From NCBI GenBank assembly GCA_965204865.1, contig OZ242027.1, positions 3,779,986 to 3,843,985 on the forward strand: a stretch of DNA of 64,000 bases, in the 5' to 3' direction. Of the stretch, positions 42,410 through 49,870 are shown piece after piece. The stretch comes from Dehalococcoidia bacterium (GTDB lineage: Bacteria > Chloroflexota > Dehalococcoidia > Lucifugimonadales > UBA3495). Each line of letters starts with the position of its first letter. Position 1 is the first letter of the stretch. Made by a program: the position numbers and the translations under genes. The notes under the pieces were generated by a model. The model was given only the letters and a program-made list of their open reading frames with translations, was not told where the DNA came from and made no database searches.

Positions 42410-43471
42410 GTGGCAAGTGTATTTCTCGGCATCAACGACCGGACGTACACCTACAAGTGGGTCGCCGGTCGCTCCGAGTTCCAAGGCACCGGGTTCCGAA
42501 ACCCGATGGACTTCGCCTTCGGGCCCGACAAGGCAATGTACGTCGTGAACCGCTCCTACGAGTCCCGTTCCGACGGCACCCGCATCAACCTGTTCTACCT
42601 GGACGATGAGGGCGCAGAGCAGTACGTAACCGAGTTCGGCGGCTATGGCGAAGGCCCCGGCCAGTTTATCTGGCCCATGTCCATCGCCCTGGACGATGAG
42701 ACCAACGTCTACGTATCCGACGAGTACCTGCATCGCATCACCATCTTCGACAAGGACGGCAACTACGTCAGCCACTGGGGCGCCCACGGCTCCGGCGACG
42801 GCGAGCTGGACCGCCCGGCTGGCCTGGCCATCCGCGACGGCGTGCTGTACGTGGTGGACAGCCGCAACCACCGGGTGCAGAAGTTCACCCTGGACGGGCA
42901 GTACATCTCCCAGTTCGGCAGCTTCGGCAGCGGCCCCGGCGAGCTGAACACTCCCTGGGGCATCGGTCTGGACAAGGAAGGCAACGTCTTCGTGGCCGAC
43001 TGGCGCAACGACCGCATCCAGTCCTTCACCCCCGATGGTGAGTGGCTACAGAGCATCGGGCAGCCGGGCAGCGGCGGAGACGCTTCCATCGCCCGCGAGC
43101 ATGGCGGCTTCCACTTGGTCAACCGCCCGGTGGGCCTCTTCAACCGCCCGACGGGCGTGGCCGTGGACAAGGACGGCGACGTCTATGTGGCCGACTGGCT
43201 GAACAACCGGGTGCAGGTGCTGACCCCGGAGGGCCGGTTCATCACCGAGTTCACCGGCGACGCCGCCCTGTCCAAGCTGGGTGTCCAGAAGATTGAGTCC
43301 AACCCGGACATGATCCGCCAGCGCAACGGCGTCCGCGACTTCACCCCCGAGAAGGTCCTCTGGGCCCCCGTGGCCGTGAAGGTGGACGACGAGGGCAATG
43401 TCTACATCGCCGACACCACCCGCCACCGCTTCCAGGTCTACCAGAAGAACACCGAGCCGGTGCTGGTCTAG
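42410..43471 (+). CDS. NHL-repeat six-bladed beta-propeller protein
   Basis: Repeated GxFxxPxGIAxDxxGNVYVADxxNxRIQxF blades. GTG start 6 nt after TAAGGAGG. No signal peptide. Confidence 0.85.
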   Translation: MASVFLGINDRTYTYKWVAGRSEFQGTGFRNPMDFAFGPDKAMYVVNRSYESRSDGTRINLFYLDDEGAEQYVTEFGGYGEGPGQFIWPMSIALDDETNVYVSDEYLHRITIFDKDGNYVSHWGAHGSGDGELDRPAGLAIRDGVLYVVDSRNHRVQKFTLDGQYISQFGSFGSGPGELNTPWGIGLDKEGNVFVADWRNDRIQSFTPDGEWLQSIGQPGSGGDASIAREHGGFHLVNRPVGLFNRPTGVAVDKDGDVYVADWLNNRVQVLTPEGRFITEFTGDAALSKLGVQKIESNPDMIRQRNGVRDFTPEKVLWAPVAVKVDDEGNVYIADTTRHRFQVYQKNTEPVLV

Positions 43472-43489
43472 TCCTGTACCGAAAGTCCA

Positions 43490-43571
43490 CCCGTTCATCC
43501 TTCGACAAGCTCAGGACGAACGGGTGGAGGCTGGCGACCCGTTGGTGGTGAGCTTGTCGAACCATCAACGG
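43490..43571. repeat. Family E pair (two inverted units)
   Basis: CCCGTTCATCCTTCGACAAGCTCAGGACGAACGGG, and CCCGTTGGTGGTGAGCTTGTCGAACCATCAACGG. Confidence 0.85.
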
Positions 43572-43645
43572 ATTAGGGCAACTCATAGCAAGATTTCCGA
43601 AACTTTGGGGCAGGCTTCGAGCCTGCCCCTCTTTATGGAGCGCCC

Positions 43646-44494
43646 ATGACCCAGAATCAGGAACAATCCAGTGGCACGTTAGCCCAGCAGATGTTCGGCC
43701 CGCAGGCCGGGGTCTACGCCCGGAGCAAGGTGCATATCAGCGACGACAGCCTGGAATCGGTGCAAAAGCTGACCGCCCCGGCCCTTCGACAAGCTCAGGG
43801 TGACGGGGCGGGCGCTCAGGGCGACGGGGAAGGCACGACGCCCTATCGCTGGGCCGTGGACATTGGCACGGGGGCCGGATTCACCGCCTTCGCCATGGCC
43901 GAGGTCTCGGAGCGCGTGATTGCCAGCGACATTACCCAGCCGATGCTGCGGCAGGCCGGGCGCATCAGCGGCGAGCGCGGGCTGCCCAACGTCGGGCTGG
44001 TGCAGAACGCCGCCGAGTCGCTGCCCTTCGCCGACGGCAGCCTCGACCTGATTACCTGCCGCAAAGCCGCCCACCACTTCCGCAACTTCGAGGCGGCCCT
44101 GGACGAGGCGCAGCGGGCGCTGCGGCCCGGCGGCTCGCTGGTGATGGCCGACACCGTAGCCCCGGAGGACGACGACATCGCCCGGTGGCAGAACGAAATC
44201 GAGCTGCGCCGCGACTTCAGCCACGTTGAGGACCGGAAGATTTCCGTCATCCGGCGGATGCTGGAGGACCGGGGGTTCGAGGTGGTGGGAAGCGAAGACG
44301 AGCGGGTCTACCTGTGGTTCAACGACTGGGTGATGCGGACAAGAGTGCCGGAAGACGAGGCTGCCGCCCTGCGCCGGGAGTTCCAGGAGGGAGCGGCGGA
44401 AATCAAGGAGGCGTTCCAAGTGGGCGAACCGGAGGAGGACGGCGACTTTCTGTTCTCGTTTCCCGTGTGGGTGTTCCGGGCGGTCAAGAGGTGA
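43646..44494 (+). CDS. class I SAM-dependent methyltransferase (Methyltransf_11-like)
   Basis: VDIGTGAGFTAFAMA (motif I) and LRPGGSLVMAD. Carries a repeat-derived insert, PALRQAQGDG. Confidence 0.8.
   Translation: MTQNQEQSSGTLAQQMFGPQAGVYARSKVHISDDSLESVQKLTAPALRQAQGDGAGAQGDGEGTTPYRWAVDIGTGAGFTAFAMAEVSERVIASDITQPMLRQAGRISGERGLPNVGLVQNAAESLPFADGSLDLITCRKAAHHFRNFEAALDEAQRALRPGGSLVMADTVAPEDDDIARWQNEIELRRDFSHVEDRKISVIRRMLEDRGFEVVGSEDERVYLWFNDWVMRTRVPEDEAAALRREFQEGAAEIKEAFQVGEPEEDGDFLFSFPVWVFRAVKR
43781..43808. repeat. Family E unit inside the methyltransferase CDS
   Basis: GCCCTTCGACAAGCTCAGGGTGACGGGG. Confidence 0.85.
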
Positions 44495-44510
44495 GATGCC
44501 GCGGGGCGGT

Positions 44511-44702
44511 TCATCCCAAATACTTGAGGATGAGGGTCAACGCCGCTAGCGCGACTCCTATGCCGGTCATCAACCAGCGCATGGCACGCATCTCGCCGCG
44601 CAACTCGCGCATCTCACCACGTAAATCAGCAATATCTTCTTTGGTGGCTATATGGGGGCTGGCTCCCTCCAGTCTGCTGACCCGGTCTTCAATAGTAGCC
44701 AT
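44511..44702 (-). CDS. small C-terminally anchored coiled-coil protein (XhlA/DUF1640-like)
   Basis: RVSRLEG...DLRGEMRELRGEMRAMR, then TM WLMTGIGVALAALTLIL. GGAGAAAG RBS. Confidence 0.5.
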   Translation of the reverse strand: MATIEDRVSRLEGASPHIATKEDIADLRGEMRELRGEMRAMRWLMTGIGVALAALTLILKYLG

Positions 44703-44809
44703 GGAGCTTTCTCCGGTTAGTTCAGGAACCTTGGCACTCTGTTGGACTTTCTGAAAGTGCGTTGTCTTACCGCTCAGTATACATCACAAAGGTTTTGGCC
44801 TCAACCGAA

Positions 44810-45505
44810 TCAACCCGGCCACTGCTCCAGCCGCCAGGCCATGTCCCAGAACTGGTACTCCAGACGCAGGCTGGTGACGTAGGCCGTCTCCATCGCGGCC
44901 TGCTCCGCCGGTGATGCTGCGCTGCCCAAGCCGTCGGTCAGCGTCCGCAGGTGCAACGCCAGGTCGCGGAACTCGTCGGACGAATACATCCCCACCCACT
45001 CGGCGTACAGCGGCGCGTGGGCCGTTTGGCCTGAGCCTGTCGAAGACCCGCCCCGGCGGGCCAGGTGCTCGCCGATCTCCCAGTAGCCCCACTGGCAGGG
45101 CAGCAGCGATGCGGCCAGCTCGCCGAAGCTGCCCTGCGACGCCACCCGCAGCAGGTACGATGTGTAGGCAACGGTGGTCGGCGCGGGGCGGGTGGCCTCC
45201 AGTTCCTCGCGGCTGATGCCGAACTGGGCGCAGTAGCCCCGGTGCAGCTCCATCTCGGTGTTCAGCGTCTCGTCCAGCAGCCCGGCGAACCACGACATTA
45301 CCTCCAGCTCAGGCGCCCGGGCCACCCCCAGCGCCAGCACGCGGGCGTAGTCAATCAGGTACACGTAGTCCTGGGCCACGTAGAACTTGAACCGCTCCAC
45401 GTCCAGGTCGCCCTGCCCGATGCCCACCACGAAGGGATGCTCCAGGATGGCCCGGCGGATGGGGAGCGCCCGCTCTTCGACGGTTTCTATGAAGCCCATG
45501 ACCAC
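44810..45505 (-). CDS. tenA: thiaminase II / aminopyrimidine aminohydrolase TenA family
   Basis: HPFVVGIGQGDLDVERFKFYVAQDYVYL, and the C-terminal YEAEW-like region YAEWVGMY. Confidence 0.8.
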   Translation of the reverse strand: MVMGFIETVEERALPIRRAILEHPFVVGIGQGDLDVERFKFYVAQDYVYLIDYARVLALGVARAPELEVMSWFAGLLDETLNTEMELHRGYCAQFGISREELEATRPAPTTVAYTSYLLRVASQGSFGELAASLLPCQWGYWEIGEHLARRGGSSTGSGQTAHAPLYAEWVGMYSSDEFRDLALHLRTLTDGLGSAASPAEQAAMETAYVTSLRLEYQFWDMAWRLEQWPG

Positions 45506-45508
45506 TCC

Positions 45509-46117
45509 CTACTCGCCGTCCCGGGGCGGGCGCCGACGGTGCCGGAATATATCGCCCAGCGGGATGGACAGGCCCGGTAGCAGAGGTGTGGTCAGGGTGT
45601 CATCGGCGCCTAGCACGGCCCGCTCGACGTACTCGCCGTCTTGCAGTTCCAGTTGGGTCACCGTGTCGTTGCGGGGGTCTATGGGCCAGTATTCCAGCAC
45701 ACCCGCCTCGGCGTATATCTGGCGCTTCCGCACCAGGTCCCTATTGCGGTCAGTGGACAGTATCTCGACGGCGATGTCGGGCGGGGCCTCAACTCGGCTT
45801 AGACCCACTATATCCCGGCGCTCGCTTAGGATAATGACTATATCGGGCTCCGGGGCTCGTTGCAGTTCCCGCGACAGGATGGTGGTCATTTCGTGGTAGA
45901 ACTGGGCTGGCGGGGTCTCGAAATCATCCAGATAATCGTCGAGACTCCGAGAAAATCTACGTATCAGAAATTGGTGGTCGGGTGTACCTGTTGCCATGAT
46001 ATAAAGCACTCCGTCGTCGAGCTCCCATTTGCCATCCGTCTCGTCAAGGGCCAGGAACTCGTCGAGGGACATCCGCATTCCGGTACGGTATTTTGTGGTG
46101 GTCATTACCGGCTCCAT
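45509..46117 (-). CDS. Uma2 (DUF820) family endonuclease
   Basis: EPDIVIILSE...PPDIAVEILSTDRNRDLVRKRQIYAEAGVLEYWPIDP. Confidence 0.8.
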   Translation of the reverse strand: MEPVMTTTKYRTGMRMSLDEFLALDETDGKWELDDGVLYIMATGTPDHQFLIRRFSRSLDDYLDDFETPPAQFYHEMTTILSRELQRAPEPDIVIILSERRDIVGLSRVEAPPDIAVEILSTDRNRDLVRKRQIYAEAGVLEYWPIDPRNDTVTQLELQDGEYVERAVLGADDTLTTPLLPGLSIPLGDIFRHRRRPPRDGE

Positions 46118-46228
46118 GTCCGCGCATTTGGGGATTCCGCGCCGGACAAGTTGATTGTATCAGAGCGGAATCGCTCATCAGGCATTGGAGCGACCTTTTA
46201 TATGCTCAAACCTGTGACGCCCGCCGCT

Positions 46229-46257
46229 TTCGCCGCGCCCCACAGTCGGCGTATAAT
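46229..46257 (+). promoter_or_regulatory. promoter candidate upstream of rplI
   Basis: TTCGCC, a 17-nt spacer, then TATAAT. Confidence 0.35.
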
Positions 46258-46293
46258 GTCGGCAATCCCTATAACACCACGGATGTGATTCCT

Positions 46294-46743
46294 ATGGAAG
46301 TTGTTTTCACCCAGGACGTGCCCAACAAGGCCCGCGCCGGCGAGGTGCGGCGGGTTCCCGACGGCTACGCCCGCAACTATCTCCTACCCCAGGGCCTGGC
46401 CCTGATGGCCACGCCGGAGGTGCTGAAGCGCCTGCACAAGATAAAGTCGGCGGGCGATCAAGTGCGTATGCGCGAGACCCAGGTGCTGGAAGAGCTTAAG
46501 GAAGCCCTGGAGGACACCGAAATCACCGTGCAGGCTCGCGTGACCCCCACCGGGCGCTACTATGGCGCCATCACCAGCACCCACATCTCCATGGCGCTGG
46601 CCGAGGTCACCGGGCGCGAGGTGGAGCGCCGCTGGATCGAAGTGGCCGAACCCATCCGCGAGCCGGGGGAGTACGACATAATGTTGCGCTTCTCCACCGA
46701 AATCGCCGCGACGATTCACGTGACCGCCGAGGCCGAAGAGTAA
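46294..46743 (+). CDS. rplI: 50S ribosomal protein L9
   Basis: MEVVFTQDVPNKARAGEVRRVPDGYARNYLLPQGLA. Confidence 0.9.
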   Translation: MEVVFTQDVPNKARAGEVRRVPDGYARNYLLPQGLALMATPEVLKRLHKIKSAGDQVRMRETQVLEELKEALEDTEITVQARVTPTGRYYGAITSTHISMALAEVTGREVERRWIEVAEPIREPGEYDIMLRFSTEIAATIHVTAEAEE

Positions 46744-46748
46744 CCGTG

Positions 46749-46782
46749 GCCCTTCATCCTTCGACCAGCTCAGGACGAACGG
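46749..46782. repeat. Family E unit between rplI and dnaB
   Basis: GCCCTTCATCCTTCGACCAGCTCAGGACGAACGG. Confidence 0.85.
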
Positions 46783-46789
46783 TTTCGCC

Positions 46790-48166
46790 ATGACCATGTA
46801 CGCGGAAAGGCTGCTGCCTCACAACCTGGAGGCGGAGGAAGCGGTCATTGGCTCGCTGCTGATTGACGGCGAGTGCTTCTCGCGGGTCGCCCCGGTGCTG
46901 CAACCCGGCGACTTCTACCGCGAGCGCAACCAGCTCTGCTTCGCCGCGGCCATGGCCCTGTTCCAGCGGGACCAGGCTATAGACCAGCTAACCCTGGCCG
47001 GGGAACTGGCGCGCACCGAGAAGCTGGACGCCGTGGGCGGGATGGCCTACCTTTCGCACCTGGTGTCCATCACCCCCACCTCGGCTCACTCCGAGGAATA
47101 CGCCGAAATCGTCTCGCGCACCGCCACCATGCGCAAGCTCATTGACGCCGCGGCCCAGATTTCGGCGCTGGGCTACAACGACACCGACGACGTGGACGCC
47201 ACGCTGCGGCAGGCAGAGGACGCGCTGTTCGCCGTCCGGGGGGCGGGCCAGGCCAGGGGCTTCATACCGCTGCGGCAGATTTACGACCAGTATCTGCAAG
47301 ACCGGGCGGGAGTGGCCGAGCCGCTGCTGGACGTGGGCGGGCCGGTGATGTCGGGCTATGCCGACCTGGACGAGTTGCTGGGCGGCATACAGCGGTCGGA
47401 CATGGTGATACTGGGGGCGCGCCCGTCGCTGGGCAAGAGCACCCTGGCGCTGAACATCTGCCTCAACGCCGCCCGCAACGGCTCCACTGCCGGCATCTTC
47501 AGCCTGGAGATGAGCCGTGAGCAGCTCGGTATGCGCATCCTGTCCTCGGAGGCCGAGGTTGACTCTCACCGGCTGCGGCTGGACCTGACCACCTTCGCCG
47601 AGCAGCAGCGCATCATTGACGCCATCGGCCAGCTTTCAGACCTGCCGGTGTACATAGACGACACGCCCTACCAGGGCATGGTGGAGATGCGGAGCAAGGC
47701 GCGGCGGCTGTCGCTGGAGCATGGCCTGGACTTGCTGGTGGTGGACTACCTGCAACTGGTGGAGGGCCCGAGGCGCGGCGGCTACGGCGCCAACCGGGTG
47801 CAGGAAATCAGCGAGATTTCCCGTTCCCTGAAAGCGATGGCCCGCGACCTGGGCGTCGCCCTCGTCGCCTGCTCGCAGTTGAGCCGCCTGGTGGAGAACC
47901 GCCCCAGCCACCGGCCCCTGCTATCCGACCTGCGCGACAGCGGCAGCATTGAGCAGGACGCCGACGTGGTGATGTTCATTCACCGCGAGGACGTCTACAC
48001 CAGCGAAGAGGAATGGGAGCAGCAGCGCCCCGGCCAGCCCTACCCCAAGAACATCGCCGACATCATAGTCGCCAAGCACCGCAACGGCCCCACCGGGAAC
48101 ATACAATTGGAGTTCCGCGACAACCTGGTGCGATTCGACTCCTTCGCCCGCGTCCCCGAGTACTAG
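46790..48166 (+). CDS. dnaB: replicative DNA helicase DnaB
   Basis: LPHNLEAEEAVIGSLLID, Walker A GARPSLGKST, Walker B LLVVDYLQL, and SDLRDSGSIEQDAD. Continuous 458 aa with no intein. Confidence 0.95.
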   Translation: MTMYAERLLPHNLEAEEAVIGSLLIDGECFSRVAPVLQPGDFYRERNQLCFAAAMALFQRDQAIDQLTLAGELARTEKLDAVGGMAYLSHLVSITPTSAHSEEYAEIVSRTATMRKLIDAAAQISALGYNDTDDVDATLRQAEDALFAVRGAGQARGFIPLRQIYDQYLQDRAGVAEPLLDVGGPVMSGYADLDELLGGIQRSDMVILGARPSLGKSTLALNICLNAARNGSTAGIFSLEMSREQLGMRILSSEAEVDSHRLRLDLTTFAEQQRIIDAIGQLSDLPVYIDDTPYQGMVEMRSKARRLSLEHGLDLLVVDYLQLVEGPRRGGYGANRVQEISEISRSLKAMARDLGVALVACSQLSRLVENRPSHRPLLSDLRDSGSIEQDADVVMFIHREDVYTSEEEWEQQRPGQPYPKNIADIIVAKHRNGPTGNIQLEFRDNLVRFDSFARVPEY

Positions 48167-48181
48167 ACGGGGGTGCTGGAC

Positions 48182-48228
48182 ATGGCCTTTAACGGCTTCC
48201 CCCGCGACACGCTCTACACGCCCACGCC
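48182..48228 (+). pseudogene. 47-nt remnant duplicating the 5' end of the dnaD-like gene
   Basis: ATGGCCTTTAACGGCTTCCCCCGCGACACGCTCTACACGCCCACGCC is 43/47 identical to 49076..49122. The reading frame dies shortly after. Confidence 0.85.
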
Positions 48229-48257
48229 TCCACAACATTTCGGAAGGAACCCAGAAT

Positions 48258-49070
48258 ATGACACAAGTAATGTCTGGCTACCCAGAACTTGACTCGTTCG
48301 TTAGCCTAGAACCATCCCAATTGGTAGTCATCGCCGGGCACACTTCTATAGGCAAGAGCGCCCTCGCTCTGAATATTTGCATCAATGCCGCCAAGAACGG
48401 TTCCCGAGTAGTCATTTTCAATCTAGAAATGAGAGCTGAAACCATCAACCTGCGCACCCTGTCTTCTGAGGCTGAGGTTGATTCCTATCGCCTGCGGCTG
48501 GACTTAACCACCTTAGCTGAGCAGCAGCGTATCATCGACGTCATCGGCTATCTTTCCGACCTGCCTCTTAACATTGACGACACCCCTGGCCAGACTGCGA
48601 CGCAGATCATAAGCAAAGCACGGCGACTGGCTCTGGAGCACGGTATAGACCTGATTGTAGTGGATTACCTACAGCTAGTGGAGGGGAACAGTGGTCCCGG
48701 AACAAGCCGAACTCAAGAAATTAGCGAAATCTTCCAGTCGCTCAAATTCCTAGCCCAAGAATTCGAAGTTCCGATCATAGTCTGCTCTCAGCTTAATTCG
48801 AGGGGCGAGGGCCCTTATAGCCGCCAACCGCAGTTGTTAGACTTGCCTGACTCCATAGCTCTTGAGGCGGATACGGTGATGTTCATCCATCGTGAAGACT
48901 TGTACATCACCGAAGTAGAATGGGAGATACTACATCCGGGTTACCTATATCCCCAGAATATCGCATACATCATCATAGCCAAGAACAACAACGGCCCGAC
49001 GGGTACCGTACAGCTCTTGTTCCGGGACTTTCTTACGCGCTTCGATTCCTATAATTGGGCCAGTGGTTAA
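48258..49070 (+). CDS. stand-alone DnaB C-terminal (RecA-like) domain paralogue
   Basis: Starts at VMSGYPELD, aligning with DnaB VMSGYADLD. Long shared runs (LSSEAEVDS-RLRLDLTT-AEQQRIID). Walker A and B are kept, but SDLRDSGSIEQDAD is replaced by LDLPDSIALEADT. AT-shifted codons. Confidence 0.8.
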   Translation: MTQVMSGYPELDSFVSLEPSQLVVIAGHTSIGKSALALNICINAAKNGSRVVIFNLEMRAETINLRTLSSEAEVDSYRLRLDLTTLAEQQRIIDVIGYLSDLPLNIDDTPGQTATQIISKARRLALEHGIDLIVVDYLQLVEGNSGPGTSRTQEISEIFQSLKFLAQEFEVPIIVCSQLNSRGEGPYSRQPQLLDLPDSIALEADTVMFIHREDLYITEVEWEILHPGYLYPQNIAYIIIAKNNNGPTGTVQLLFRDFLTRFDSYNWASG

Positions 49071-49075
49071 TTGAT

Positions 49076-49870
49076 ATGCCCTTCAACGGCTTTCCCCGCG
49101 ACACGCTCTACACTCCCACGCCCGACCCGCTCTTCGGCCCGCTGCTGGAGGAAATGCACGACATCGCGGAGCTGAAGGTGACGCTGCGGGGGCTGTGGCT
49201 GCTGCACCACAAGCGTCAGAGCGTGCGGGCCGTCTCGCTGGACGAGTTTCTGGCCGACACTACGCTGCTGCGGGGGCTGTGTCCTTCAACTGACACTAGC
49301 CCTTCGACAAGCTCAGGGCAAACGGGGGCGGAATCCGGAGACGTTGCCGAGGAAATACGGCGTGGCCTGCGGCTGGCGGTGCGCCGGGGCGTCTTCCTGG
49401 CCCACGAGGCCGGAGCGGGCCGGGTGTATTTCGCGGTCAACAACGACGCCGGACGCCGCACCATCGCCCGTATGAAGCAAACAGGCGCGGAGCCCAGCGA
49501 CGTTTCATTCGGTGCAGACGAGGCCCCGGCGGGAATGCAGGAGCGCCCCAACATCTTCGCCCTGTACGAAAACATCATTGGGTTGATCTCGCCCATCATG
49601 GCCGAGCGGCTCAAGGAGGCCGAAGAACGCTACCCGCCGGGCTGGATCAGGGAAGTATTCGAGATTGCGGAACTGGAAAACAAGCGCAACTGGCAATACA
49701 TTGACGCCATCCTGAAGCGCTGGGGATCGGAGGGCAAGGGCGGATGGAAGGGGGGAAGCAATGACGATGGAAAGCCTGGGCGACATTCTCCGCAGAATCA
49801 GCGCGGGAAGTATAGCCAAGACTACGAACGGTATCGGCGCCGGGCATCATCCAGAACCCGCGCCCGCTGA
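49076..49870 (+). CDS. DnaD-domain replication protein
   Basis: C-terminal NIFALYENIIGLISPIMAERLKEAEERYPPGWIREVFEIAELENKRNWQYIDAILKRW matches the DnaD/DnaB_2 repeat. Carries an in-frame family E insert. Confidence 0.7.
   Translation: MPFNGFPRDTLYTPTPDPLFGPLLEEMHDIAELKVTLRGLWLLHHKRQSVRAVSLDEFLADTTLLRGLCPSTDTSPSTSSGQTGAESGDVAEEIRRGLRLAVRRGVFLAHEAGAGRVYFAVNNDAGRRTIARMKQTGAEPSDVSFGADEAPAGMQERPNIFALYENIIGLISPIMAERLKEAEERYPPGWIREVFEIAELENKRNWQYIDAILKRWGSEGKGGWKGGSNDDGKPGRHSPQNQRGKYSQDYERYRRRASSRTRAR
49299..49326. repeat. Family E unit inside the dnaD-like CDS
   Basis: GCCCTTCGACAAGCTCAGGGCAAACGGG, encoding SPSTSSGQTG. Confidence 0.85.

Noticed and set aside
39198-42416. 520-aa and 517-aa minus-strand ORFs opposite the DUF1800 and DUF1501 genes
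   Set aside because: Low-complexity V/G/A/H/L-rich translations typical of antisense frames in high-GC DNA. The plus-strand genes have family motifs and strong SD sites.
46790-49070. Intein or split-intein arrangement in DnaB
   Set aside because: Resident DnaB is a continuous 458-aa protein with all helicase motifs and no Cys/Ser...HN splice junctions. The second ORF is a duplicate of the C-terminal domain, not an extein half.
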